NCBI GenBank assembly: GCA_965209155.1
Contig: OZ242383.1
Coordinates: 3,776,001-3,840,000, forward strand
Direction of reading: 5' to 3'
From: a bacterium
GTDB lineage: Bacteria > SAR324 > NAC60-12
Length of the DNA stretch: 64,000 nt
Part shown: piece after piece, positions 19,528 to 29,036 of the stretch
Numbering within the stretch: the first letter of the stretch is position 1
Layout of the letters: every line of letters starts with the position of its first letter
Program-made: the position numbers and the translations under genes
Notes under the pieces: model-generated
What the model was told of the DNA's origin: nothing
Databases searched by the model: none
What the model saw: the letters and a program-made list of their open reading frames with translations, nothing else

Positions 19528-20499
19528 ATGACCGACACCTTAGAACAACCTTCCTCCATCAGTGAGCCCAAGCGACGGGGCCGACTGGCGGAATTCTTGA
19601 TCAGGCTGGTCAGGGAGAAGCCGCTGGGTACTGTCTGCGGGATGATCATCTTGATCTGGATTTTTGTGGCGATCTTTGCCGATGTGCTGACCCCTTATCC
19701 CCCTGATAAAATCCACTTGAGAGACCGGTTTCAGGGCTCATCCGCCCAGTATCTCCTGGGGACCGACCACATCGGGCGAGACCTCTTGAGCCGCCTGATC
19801 CTGGGGGGGCGTCTTTCCATCCTGATCGGTCTGTCCATCACCGCGCTCAGTACGGTGATCAGTACCCTGATCGGCGGCACTTCCGGATTCATTGGGGGTA
19901 AGTTTGACATTATAGTGCAGAGGGTTGTCGATGCCTGGATAGTTTTCCCGGGACTGATCCTGTTGCTAACGATCATGTCCATCGTGGGGCCGGGGATCCC
20001 CCAGATCATCCTGGTCCTGGGGATAAGCGGAGGCATCGGCGGTTCCAGAATCATCAGAGGCGCCGTGATCGGCATTAAGGAGAATGATTACTTTCTGGCG
20101 GCAGAGGCAACTGGCAACCGAAGAATGAGAACCCTGATCCGTCATGTCGTGCCCAATATTATGCCGGTCATCATCATCGTTTTCAGCATCAGCATCGGAG
20201 GCCACATCCTCAGCCTGGCTTCGCTGAGCTTCCTCGGATTCGGTCTGCCCCCCGGCAGTCCGGACTGGGGAAGTTTGCTCAGCATAGAAGGTCGTCAGTA
20301 CATGGAGCAGGCGCCTTGGTTGGCGCTCTGGCCCGGGCTCTGCCTGACGATTATCGTCTACTCCCTCAACATGTTCGGCGATGCCCTCAGGGACCTGCTC
20401 GATCCCCGGCTGAAGGGCGGTGAGGGCAGCTATGGTACCGCAATGGTGAAACGTAAACGAGGATTCCTCTCCAGACTGATCAACCCCTACAAATGGTAA
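19528..20499 (+). CDS. dppC: DppC-like permease, copy 4
   Basis: DppC motifs. Confidence 0.9.
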   Translation: MTDTLEQPSSISEPKRRGRLAEFLIRLVREKPLGTVCGMIILIWIFVAIFADVLTPYPPDKIHLRDRFQGSSAQYLLGTDHIGRDLLSRLILGGRLSILIGLSITALSTVISTLIGGTSGFIGGKFDIIVQRVVDAWIVFPGLILLLTIMSIVGPGIPQIILVLGISGGIGGSRIIRGAVIGIKENDYFLAAEATGNRRMRTLIRHVVPNIMPVIIIVFSISIGGHILSLASLSFLGFGLPPGSPDWGSLLSIEGRQYMEQAPWLALWPGLCLTIIVYSLNMFGDALRDLLDPRLKGGEGSYGTAMVKRKRGFLSRLINPYKW

Positions 20500-20512
20500 G
20501 CGCACCAAAAAA

Positions 20513-20617
20513 ACCTTCAATCAATTTATTAATTCGTTTGAGTGTCTTTTTGTCTTGGGATTGCCAATAGATATAACCTTGCCAGGCTTCATCAGTCCAA
20601 GCTAACTTTCTACTCAT
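20513..20617 (-). pseudogene. yoeB: Truncated YoeB/Txe toxin
   Basis: Translates MSRKLAWTDEAWQGYIYWQSQDKKTLKRINKLIEG, then homology is lost at the dppC 3' end. Confidence 0.8.
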
Positions 20618-20859
20618 CTATTAATTCTCTTTCCTGGATGTTTTTCCTTTTATATTGTTGGATTTTACAAATGAGCAGTGTTTGCTGGTGATCTGAGAAG
20701 ATGAAGGGTCTCCATATAACCATTGAAGGTTTCTAAGGACATAACAACTGCATCTTCTGAGTCACGGCGGGTAATTACGGTATAATCCGCATCCTCTACA
20801 ACTTGATCTAAAAAGGATTTTAAATTGCTTCTGGCTTCACTGATATTAACAATTCGCAT
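20610..20859 (-). pseudogene. yefM: YefM antitoxin, frameshifted near the C-terminus
   Basis: MRIVNISEARSNLK...TVITRRD.EDAVVMSL...ETLHLLRSPAN.AHL stops at 20665; the tail 'QQYKRKNIQERELIDE' continues in another frame. Confidence 0.8.
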
Positions 20860-20885
20860 AATTTCTTCCTTTTTTGTATTGTTTA

Positions 20886-20934
20886 TTGTACAAGTATTAT
20901 CGGAGTTTGTTGATATGTCCAGTATTTTGTACAA
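20886..20934. promoter_or_regulatory. Two TTGTACAA palindromes, likely yefM-yoeB operators
   Basis: 20886-20893 and 20927-20934; TGTACA is the known YefM operator core. Confidence 0.6.
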
Positions 20935-20992
20935 ATGTGAAAGGTACGGACTATCGCCGCAGTGTACCAGAAGCGAGGATTGAGCGTTGAGT

Positions 20993-21913
20993 TCAATAAA
21001 CCGGATCCGGGTCTTCTGGTGGTCGGGTTTTCCAACGACGGTGCATCCAGAAATACTGTTGAGGATAGAGGCGGATAAATTTTTCGAAAATATTGCTGAT
21101 TTCCTGGGTGATGTTGAGTTGATCCAATTCTTTATTTCCTGTTTGCTCATAGTTCAAGCGTAGAAAAAAAACCTCGAGTTTGTCTCCAACAAAGGGGGCA
21201 AACACCATAATGATGGGGCTTTTGCGCGCGAGGTGAAATCCTGCAACACTTTTTGGCATGGTGGCAGTTTTGTTAAAAAATTTTACGAAAGTTGTTGATT
21301 TTCGATTATTTTGATCCGGATTGTACGCAAGAATATTTTGCTTGTTGAGAACTCGCATGAACCGAAAACGCGCCGATTCGCCTTTTCCAATGGTATCTGC
21401 ACCAAAACTGGCCCGTGTTTGATTCTGGAGCCTGTCGACCAGGGGATTACTCTGGGCACCCACGTAAACATACATTTGATAACCCTTTTCAGCCAGGGCG
21501 GGAACAATCATTTCCCAATTTCCCAAATGAGCGCTGATCAAAAGAACCCCATTGTTTTCAGAAAGCGCTTCATCGAGAATCGCTAAATTGTGGAAGGAAA
21601 CATATTCTGCGGTTCGGCCTTTCCAATAATCCATCCTGAGGATGGCGACTGCCATTTGAGCGGACCATTGATAGTTGGCGATGAGGAGATTTTTTCGCTC
21701 CTTTTGCGTCATTTCGGGGAAGGCGATATTGAGATTGGTTTGAACGATTTTGTGGTTCACCCGAAAGACATAATACAACAACACGAAAATGATGAATCGG
21801 TAGGCCTTCAAAGTTTTTTGCGAAGCATGCAGGACTCCCTTTTTGAGAAATTTGACAATGAAATATTCAATACGGTGCTTGAAACGAATTTTTACCGGTA
21901 TTTCTTCAACCAT
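20993..21913 (-). CDS. lpxL: Lipid A late acyltransferase (LpxL/HtrB family)
   Basis: 'SAHLGNWE', 'PDQ', 'P.QYFWMHRRWKTRP'. Confidence 0.85.
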   Translation of the reverse strand: MVEEIPVKIRFKHRIEYFIVKFLKKGVLHASQKTLKAYRFIIFVLLYYVFRVNHKIVQTNLNIAFPEMTQKERKNLLIANYQWSAQMAVAILRMDYWKGRTAEYVSFHNLAILDEALSENNGVLLISAHLGNWEMIVPALAEKGYQMYVYVGAQSNPLVDRLQNQTRASFGADTIGKGESARFRFMRVLNKQNILAYNPDQNNRKSTTFVKFFNKTATMPKSVAGFHLARKSPIIMVFAPFVGDKLEVFFLRLNYEQTGNKELDQLNITQEISNIFEKFIRLYPQQYFWMHRRWKTRPPEDPDPVY

Positions 21914-22026
21914 TGACGAGTTGACAGGTAGTCGAGGCAGGATGGTCCGATTTTTTCAAATGTACGGAGGCATGTATTCAGGGCTAAGAGGTCGCTCGGT
22001 TTGCAAGTAGAATAAGTCGAAAAAAA

Positions 22027-22647
22027 TCAGTGCGGTGTTTTTCTCAATATGACCACTCCTCCATTTTTACCAGGAACGGCACCTTGAAGCAGGAGAAGGT
22101 TATGATCGGGTAAAATTCTTGAAACTTTCAATCCCAGGACGGTGACATTCTTATTGCCGTATTGTCCCGGCATTTTCTTTCCCTTGAATACTCGAGCGGG
22201 AGTAGTGCATTGGCCAATACTACCTGTACGTCGATGACCCCGGTGTCCATGACTGGCAGGCTGTCCTCCGAAATTATGACGTTTTATGGTACCAGCGAAT
22301 CCTTTGCCCTTGGACACCCCGGTTACCATTATTTTTTCGCCTTCTTGAAAAATACTTTGGTCGAATACCTGTCCCACTTCAACCTGCGATATGTCCGAAA
22401 CTCTGAATTCTTTCAAATAGCGCATGGGTTTTTGATCTTTAAAATGTCCTTTTTGGGGTAGGTTGACCTTACGTACTTCGATTTCTTCATAACCCACCTG
22501 GACACTGTCATAGCCTTCACGCCCTTTTGTTTTTTTCTGGATCACCGTGGCAGGTCCTGCCTGGACGACGGTTACTGGAATTGACGTACCATCCGCTTCA
22601 AATACCTGGGTCATTCCAATCTTACGACCCAATATGCCATTCAACAT
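22027..22647 (-). CDS. rplC: 50S ribosomal protein L3
   Basis: 'GILGRKIGMTQVF', 'SKGKGFAG.IKRHNF', 'RVFKGKKMPG'. Confidence 0.97.
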   Translation of the reverse strand: MLNGILGRKIGMTQVFEADGTSIPVTVVQAGPATVIQKKTKGREGYDSVQVGYEEIEVRKVNLPQKGHFKDQKPMRYLKEFRVSDISQVEVGQVFDQSIFQEGEKIMVTGVSKGKGFAGTIKRHNFGGQPASHGHRGHRRTGSIGQCTTPARVFKGKKMPGQYGNKNVTVLGLKVSRILPDHNLLLLQGAVPGKNGGVVILRKTPH

Positions 22648-22751
22648 GCTTACCTTTCTTTCAAAATGCGATTTATTGAATTTTTTTTATTTTATATGAT
22701 TGAAAAAATTTTCACAAGAATGTTTTTGACAGGCAGTGATTCCGGATCGTT

Positions 22752-23534
22752 TCACCGGGAATCTTTGCTTTCGATTTCCAAGCGTTGAGGCTGCCAGGCG
22801 CGTTTTGGCAAGTCAACGAGTTGCAAATGAATGGTGACCGGAAATATCTGACGGGCAGACACTGCTTGCACGTAGACAAGCGCTCTACCTTCTTCTTCAT
22901 TGATATTGATGTCCATTTCAGGTGATTTGAAATCCTGGATGGCGCCAAATTGCTGAGCGACTTCCGGGGTATTTTGCAAATAAGAAATTGCCGTTTGATA
23001 GGCAGCGGTTTTTTTTAGAATCAAAGGCTGGATCAGAAGTGCGCTGAAGAAATAACCAAAAAAAATGGTATTGGCCGTCATCAAACGAATAATAAAACGG
23101 CGGGGATTGGGATTTTCAATAACCACCGTTCGTATCCACCGGTCACCAATCCTGCGTCCATGACTGTCCGTCAACAGCAACAAACCCTCCAAGGGCAAAA
23201 TCAATAAGGATAAATTTCTCAAAATCGTATTTGCTACAGATGGACTCTTCGATAAATCTTCCAATCGACGCACCGTGATGCCAAAAATGAATTTCCCCGG
23301 ACTGCATCCCTTCCATCCATCTTTACAAAGCAACAGGAAGCATATTCCCAAATAGAGTGAAATGAGATTTCGCCATTTGGAGGAAGCGAGTTGCAGGTCC
23401 CAATGCTCCGGGTAACTGAGATAATTGAAAGTATTGACCAGGAGGAGGGCAAAGGCAAAATCCAGGATGAAAGCAAACAGTCGCTTGCCATGGGATGCGA
23501 TTCTCAGTCTTTCACGTGTTGCAGTCATAGGCAC
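22752..23534 (-). CDS. RDD-family membrane protein with C-terminal extension
   Basis: 'KRLFAFILD', 'SPGK..FGI.V', 'RRIGD....T.V'. Confidence 0.8.
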   Translation of the reverse strand: MPMTATRERLRIASHGKRLFAFILDFAFALLLVNTFNYLSYPEHWDLQLASSKWRNLISLYLGICFLLLCKDGWKGCSPGKFIFGITVRRLEDLSKSPSVANTILRNLSLLILPLEGLLLLTDSHGRRIGDRWIRTVVIENPNPRRFIIRLMTANTIFFGYFFSALLIQPLILKKTAAYQTAISYLQNTPEVAQQFGAIQDFKSPEMDININEEEGRALVYVQAVSARQIFPVTIHLQLVDLPKRAWQPQRLEIESKDSR

Positions 23535-23541
23535 CCCGGAC

Positions 23542-25266
23542 TTATACGATTGAATTGAATGAGGTCGATGAATCTTTCATTTTCTTCGCATGCGCCAACA
23601 TTTCTGATGCCAGACTCAAAGTTTGGGAGGTGATTTCCGCCCCTCCCATCAAACGGGCCAACTCGTGCACTCGTTCTTGCGGGTCGAGTGCCTGGATTGA
23701 GGTATAAGTCGCGTTCTGATGAATGGTTTTGGAAATTGCAAAATGGTGCTGGGAGAAGGAAACGATTTGTGGAAGATGCGTCACGCACAAAGCCTGACGC
23801 ATTTTTCCCAAAGAATGCAATTTGTATCCAACCATTTCCGCTATACGCCCGCTGATGCCGCTATCGATCTCGTCAAAAATCAATGTTTCTACCGGATCAA
23901 TCGAAAGGAGAACTGTTTTTAAGGCCAACATGATGCGAGCAAGCTCACCTCCGGATGCTACTTTAGCTAAACTACGGAGACTTTGCCCCGGATTGACGGA
24001 TAATAAAAATTCCACGTGATCGATACCATCGGGGGTGTACTGCACGCTTCTTTCGGGATTCTTTTGGAATTTTGTCGCCAATTGCGTTTTGAATCTGACT
24101 TTGTCCATACCGAGTTGTATGAGTTCTTCTTTGACTTGCCGGTCGAATTTTTTTGCAACTCGCTGTCGTGCGGCAGATAAAATTTGAGATTGATGCTGCA
24201 GGGTGCTCCAGGAAGCTTTCATTTTTTCATCGAGCGTTTTTTCGCTCTCTTCCGGATTTTGCAATTGATCCAACTTTTCGGTGATTTGCTGAAAATATTG
24301 CAAGAGTTCCGGAATGGAACACCCGTATTTTCGTTTCAGTGTTTGAATCTGACTGAGTCTTTGATTGGTCCATTCCAAACGTTGCGGGTTTTCCAGGTAT
24401 TGGGTGCTAAATTTACTGAATCCTCGACGTAAATCCTCGATTTGAAATAGACAATCTTCCAATGTGAGACGGAAATCTCTACAGGCGGGGTCTATTTTTT
24501 CGGCCTCTTTCAAGGATTGTCCAATCATTCCAAGGCGCTCCACGAGAGAACCGTCCTGGTCATAGAGAGCTTCCCGGGCTTCTGCGAATATCAATGCCAA
24601 CTTGGAGGCATTGCTTAAAATTTGCGCTTCCCGGGAAAGAATTTCCTCTTCGTCGGCCTTCAAATCCATCTCCGAGATTTCTTTGTGCTGGAACTCGAGA
24701 TCTTCCATTTGCCGGGCATCTTCTCGAAGCCGTTGTTGGAATGATTCGTATCTCTTCAAATCCTGTTGAAATGTGTGATAGGATGTATTGACTATCTCGC
24801 GCAAGTCTCTTAAATGTCCATAATCGTCCAGAAAATCAACATGGGAGGAAACTTGCAGCAATGCCTGGTTGTCGTGCTGGCCGTGGATGGTAACCAGCAT
24901 TTTCCCCGATTCTTCGAGTGTGGCGCGGGTGACTGCGACTTCATTGAGAAAAATTTTTTGCCGGTTGTTGTCCTGGAGAATTCGTCGGATGATCAATTCC
25001 GATTCGAACGGGATATCGATTTTTTGCAAGATTCGTTGCACGTTTTTTAAATTGCTGATATCAAAAACTGCCTCGACCAAAGCTTGTGATTCACCGGAGC
25101 GGATCAGGGAGTAATCGGCTTTTTTACCAGTGATGAAGTGGAGCGCGTCAATGATGATGGATTTACCCGCGCCTGTTTCACCGGTTAAAATGGAAAATCC
25201 CTCATCAAATTCTATTTCAACCAGTCGAATGGTGGCTAAATTGTTAATCTTGAGGCGTAATAACAT
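23542..25266 (-). CDS. recN: DNA repair protein RecN
   Basis: 'LTGETGAGKS', 'IHGQHD', 'ASGGELAR', 'FDEID', 'VTHLPQ'. Confidence 0.97.
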   Translation of the reverse strand: MLLRLKINNLATIRLVEIEFDEGFSILTGETGAGKSIIIDALHFITGKKADYSLIRSGESQALVEAVFDISNLKNVQRILQKIDIPFESELIIRRILQDNNRQKIFLNEVAVTRATLEESGKMLVTIHGQHDNQALLQVSSHVDFLDDYGHLRDLREIVNTSYHTFQQDLKRYESFQQRLREDARQMEDLEFQHKEISEMDLKADEEEILSREAQILSNASKLALIFAEAREALYDQDGSLVERLGMIGQSLKEAEKIDPACRDFRLTLEDCLFQIEDLRRGFSKFSTQYLENPQRLEWTNQRLSQIQTLKRKYGCSIPELLQYFQQITEKLDQLQNPEESEKTLDEKMKASWSTLQHQSQILSAARQRVAKKFDRQVKEELIQLGMDKVRFKTQLATKFQKNPERSVQYTPDGIDHVEFLLSVNPGQSLRSLAKVASGGELARIMLALKTVLLSIDPVETLIFDEIDSGISGRIAEMVGYKLHSLGKMRQALCVTHLPQIVSFSQHHFAISKTIHQNATYTSIQALDPQERVHELARLMGGAEITSQTLSLASEMLAHAKKMKDSSTSFNSIV

Positions 25267-25494
25267 CAGGAATTAAAATGAAAAAAGGAACCTCTTTGAA
25301 TGGCTGACGAACTACCGCGCTGTTTCATTGGGAGTCAAAAAATAGAAATATCAGAGACCATCACTGCCGACAATATAAAAATGGTTGACGCGAAGTATAG
25401 CATGTCGACTGTTTTCGCGGGGAAACCATCCTCACGCTTCTCATCTCGAGGGAAGGGTGAATTTCAAAGAAAATATTGTTCGGAGACATGATAT

Positions 25495-25723
25495 TTAACC
25501 TGAGTTCGAGAAAAGCAATTAATAAATTCAATAGTTATGGAATCTTCATATCATAAGAGAATCCTTGTCATTCCTGCGAAAGCAGGAATCCAGAGATATG
25601 CAAACAGACAGAAATCTGGATCCGCGCTCCCTGCTCCCCGCTTTCATAGGGACAAGTTTAGCGCGGATGACTTATACACCAGGATAATCCAATTATCGAA
25701 GATTTATGTCGAACCCAGGTTAA
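25495..25723. mobile_element. MITE-like element with nested REP-like palindromes
   Basis: Terminal inverted repeats TTAACCTGAGTTCGA / TCGAACCCAGGTTAA (14/15 match); internal GTCATTCCTGCGAAAGCAGGAATCCAG. Confidence 0.65.
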
Positions 25724-25746
25724 TTAAATTTTAGCAGGTATATTTG

Positions 25747-26856
25747 ATGGGAGATAGTTTCGGACGTCTTTTTCGCATTACGACTTGGGGTGAATCGCAT
25801 GGCGGAGGAGTGGGAGTCGTCATAGACGGTTGTCCCGCAGGATTACCCATCAGCGAAAAAGAAATTCAATTTGAATTGGACCGTCGCAAACCCGGACAAA
25901 GTCGTATCACGTCACACCGAAAAGAGAGCGATGAGGCAAAGTTGCTCTCCGGGGTTTTTAAAGGGAAAACCTTGGGATCGGCCATTTCAATCATGGTCTG
26001 GAATGAGGATGCGCGTTCCAAAGACTATGAAGCGCTGAAGGATCTCTATCGACCCAGCCATGCCGACTACACTTATGAAGCCCGCTATGGGTTGCGTAAC
26101 TGGCAAGGAGGGGGGCGGGCCAGCGCTCGTGAAACGATAGGACGGGTAGCGGCAGGGGCCATTGCGAAAAAAATTTTGAAAACGCATTGCGGCATCGAGA
26201 CGCTGGCGTACGTGGAACAAATCCATGATATCAAAGCGCAGGTAGAGAGGGAAAAGCTGACCTTTGAGCAAATCGAGAAAAATATGGTCCGATGTCCTGA
26301 TGAATCTTGCGCGCCCGGAATGATCCGGCGCATTGAAGAGGCGCGAAAAGTCGGAGACAGCGTGGGTGGGATTCTTGCTGTTCTCGTACGAAACACCCCC
26401 CCGGGATGGGGCGACCCGATATTTGACAAACTCACCGCGGATTTATCCAAGGCGGTGATGTCCCTTCCTGCAACAAGAGGGGTTGAATTTGGATTGGGAT
26501 TCGACTCGGTCCTCTTGACGGGTTCTCAACACAATGATCCTTTTGTGTTTAAAGATGAGCGGGTACGTACCAGGACAAATCATTCCGGCGGAATTCAAGG
26601 TGGTATTTCAAACGGCGAAGATATTCACATGCGAGTCGCTTTCAAACCCACCGCCACCATCAACTTTGAGCAAGATACGATAACACGGGACGGGAAAGCA
26701 ACCAGATTGAAAGCAAAAGGAAGGCACGATCCTTGTGTTCTCCCTCGTGCGGTTCCCATGGTGGAAGCGATGGTGAATTTAGTATTGGTGGATCATTTTT
26801 TACGAACTTTGTCTAAAAAGAATCAAAATCTTTCACAAATGGTGAAAAGCAATTGA
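25747..26856 (+). CDS. aroC: Chorismate synthase
   Basis: 'TWGESHG', 'RPSHAD', '[10 protein letters not shown]', '[10 protein letters not shown]', 'GRHDPCV'. Confidence 0.97.
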   Translation: MGDSFGRLFRITTWGESHGGGVGVVIDGCPAGLPISEKEIQFELDRRKPGQSRITSHRKESDEAKLLSGVFKGKTLGSAISIMVWNEDARSKDYEALKDLYRPSHADYTYEARYGLRNWQGGGRASARETIGRVAAGAIAKKILKTHCGIETLAYVEQIHDIKAQVEREKLTFEQIEKNMVRCPDESCAPGMIRRIEEARKVGDSVGGILAVLVRNTPPGWGDPIFDKLTADLSKAVMSLPATRGVEFGLGFDSVLLTGSQHNDPFVFKDERVRTRTNHSGGIQGGISNGEDIHMRVAFKPTATINFEQDTITRDGKATRLKAKGRHDPCVLPRAVPMVEAMVNLVLVDHFLRTLSKKNQNLSQMVKSN

Positions 26857-26867
26857 AATTTCTCCTT

Positions 26868-26883
26868 TGGCACTAGCTTTGCT
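26868..26883 (+). promoter_or_regulatory. Sigma54 (-24/-12) promoter
   Basis: TGGCAC-TAGCT-TTGCT with exact GG-N10-GC spacing. Confidence 0.7.
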
Positions 26884-26927
26884 TGCATAGTTGGCGAACA
26901 ATTGTCAAGCTGTCTTTGGAGAGTGTC

Positions 26928-27041
26928 ATGGAAAGAGACTACGAAGAGAAGGATTCTCGTTATCCCATTTTTCTGGTCATCTCAGGATTATTGTTATTTG
27001 CTGTTTCGGTTTTGATTCAAATCGCAATCATTTCTTCTTAA
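26928..27041 (+). CDS. 37-aa single-pass membrane peptide
   Basis: MERDYEEKDSRYPIFLVISGLLLFAVSVLIQIAIISS; RBS GGAG; below the ORF-track cutoff. Confidence 0.6.
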   Translation: MERDYEEKDSRYPIFLVISGLLLFAVSVLIQIAIISS

Positions 27042-27050
27042 TAATCCATT

Positions 27051-28013
27051 GTGCACTATGATGTGTTTAATGGGGATGCAGATGGAATTTGCGCGTTGCA
27101 CCAGTTGAGGTTGGAAGTTCCTCGGGAGAGTGAGCTGATCAGCGGCGTCAAGCGTGACGTCAATTTACTGCAACGACTATCAGGGATTGAAGACAGCACC
27201 ATCACGGTCTTAGACATTTCTTTGGATACGAACAGGGCCAGCCTGCTGGAACTGCTTTGCCGCCGCAATAAAATCCTGTATTTTGATCATCATTTCGCAG
27301 GAGAAATTCCTCGTTCCCCCGGATTGGACGTATTCATAGACACCGCTCCCAACGTTTGTACCAGTCTACTGGTAGATCGATACCTGCAGGGTCACTATCG
27401 AACCTGGGCGATAGCGGCTGCTTTCGGAGACAACCTCCACACGCCTGCCTGGGAATTATCTGCCTCCCTGGCATTACCGGAATTTCAAGTGCGACAACTT
27501 CGCGAATTGGGTGAGTTGATCAATTACAACAGTTATGGAGACGAGATCAAAGATCTGAATTATTCTCCAATTGCCTTGTACCAGGCATTAAAACCTTTCG
27601 AAGACCCTTGGGAGTTTTATCACCAGTCTGAAGTCGTATCGGTCTTAAAGTATAGCTACGTCGATGATCTGGAAAAAGCCAGGTCACATACTCCAATCAA
27701 GCAATGCGAGGCCGGTTCAATTTACCAATTCCCCGCACGGTCCTGGAGCAAAAGGATTGCAGGAGTTTTTTGCAACATCATTGCTCGTGAAGAACCTGAA
27801 AAAGCCCATGCGCTCCTGGTAGACAGGGGAGATGGAAATTTTTTGGTGAGTGTCCGTGCTCCAGTGAATCGTCCAATTGGGGCTGATCGCTTGTGCCATG
27901 ACTTTCATACTGGGGGAGGCAGAAAAGCTGCTGCCGGGATCAATAAGCTCCCTGATACGAAAGTCGATTGCTTCCTGGAGCAATTCGAGTCGGTTTTTAC
28001 TCATCACCCTTAA
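27051..28013 (+). CDS. DHH-family phosphoesterase
   Basis: 'NGDADG', 'VLDIS', 'YFDHH', C-terminal 'GGGR..AAG'. Confidence 0.85.
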   Translation: MHYDVFNGDADGICALHQLRLEVPRESELISGVKRDVNLLQRLSGIEDSTITVLDISLDTNRASLLELLCRRNKILYFDHHFAGEIPRSPGLDVFIDTAPNVCTSLLVDRYLQGHYRTWAIAAAFGDNLHTPAWELSASLALPEFQVRQLRELGELINYNSYGDEIKDLNYSPIALYQALKPFEDPWEFYHQSEVVSVLKYSYVDDLEKARSHTPIKQCEAGSIYQFPARSWSKRIAGVFCNIIAREEPEKAHALLVDRGDGNFLVSVRAPVNRPIGADRLCHDFHTGGGRKAAAGINKLPDTKVDCFLEQFESVFTHHP

Positions 28014-28078
28014 AGAGATTCACCATGCAAGATGGATATTTAAGATGTATTTGTCTATTGGCAGGAGGTTTGATTAAT

Positions 28079-28637
28079 CTCATTAAACCACCAGCTCTGC
28101 TGGTGCGAACCTAATAGGCTTTTCCGGTCAGACATGAGAAACGTATCCGTGTCCGTTAGCCGTGCTCGTGCTCGTGAACGGTCAGTGAATTCGACGGCAC
28201 ATTTTAGTTAACATAGAAACAATGCGATGAAGTAACTGTTTCCCTTCGTCAAATAAAGGAGGCTGGATGATCTTCAACACGTTTAAAACATCGAGAATAG
28301 CAGTGCATTCCATTGCGGAACCTCGGGCCAATGCATAGAATCGTTGCTTGTCAGGAAAGGAATTTTTTCCACAGCCTTCTGCGATATTGAGAGGAATCGA
28401 CCATGAGGCCCTTTTCAGTTGGTCAACTAAGGCTGAGTATCCTTTTGGCAATGTTTCGATGACTTGGACAGATAACGCTAAAAATTCGATGGAACATTGG
28501 TATACATCGAGTTTTTCATGATCTAACATGGCAGCCTTTTTCGTTCACGAGCACGAGCACGTCTTACGATGACGAACACGTTTTGCCCTCATACTGGGGG
28601 CCTCTTCAAGCCACCGGCTCTGCCGGTGGTGATGACT
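28079..28637 (+). mobile_element. Non-autonomous IS200/IS605-like element carrying a four-helix-bundle gene, copy 2
   Basis: 559 bp, near-identical to copy 1; follows TTAAT; inner inverted repeats 28161-28180 / 28542-28561. Confidence 0.85.
28182..28529 (-). CDS. Four-helix-bundle protein, copy 2
   Basis: 4 aa differences from copy 1. Confidence 0.9.
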   Translation of the reverse strand: MLDHEKLDVYQCSIEFLALSVQVIETLPKGYSALVDQLKRASWSIPLNIAEGCGKNSFPDKQRFYALARGSAMECTAILDVLNVLKIIQPPLFDEGKQLLHRIVSMLTKMCRRIH

Positions 28638-28910
28638 GCTTTGATGAGCAGTGGATGTGAATATAGCGAAAAGGAATATATGGCAAAAGTCAATATTGCT
28701 ACCGAGTATCAACGCCTGGCGCAGCAAAGACAAGCGGCCCTGGTGGCCAATTAGAAAAAAACGAAGTACCAAGAAAACGCCTTGCATTCATTACATATTT
28801 ATCGCAGATATTGGACCATCAAAATGCTCGGGAAATAAAGTGGGTTGAAATGAAGAAATTCGTTCCCCCTGGTGGGGTACAGTGCTTGCGAAAAAACACA
28901 GGATTTTTGA

Positions 28911-29036
28911 TTGCACTATCTTTTGAAATGGAATATAAAGATATTAAACAACTCCTGACCCCCGTCGTGGGGCTGAGCGTGGCAGACACCGAGTCTGTTG
29001 CGAAAAACCGATTCACCCTATGCAGGATGAATCGTT
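28911..29036 (+). promoter_or_regulatory. Sigma70-like promoter (TTGCAC-N17-TATAAA) and multi-hairpin leader of SBP4
   Basis: Canonical spacing; leader homologous to 9689-9808. Confidence 0.55.

Larger units (their letters stand above)
28025..28754 (+). pseudogene. 56-aa putative lipoprotein gene interrupted by the four-helix-bundle element
   Basis: 28025-28078 joined to 28638-28754 gives MQDGYLRCICLLAGGLINALMSSGCEYSEKEYMAKVNIATEYQRLAQQRQAALVAN with a lipobox-like SSGC. Confidence 0.7.
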
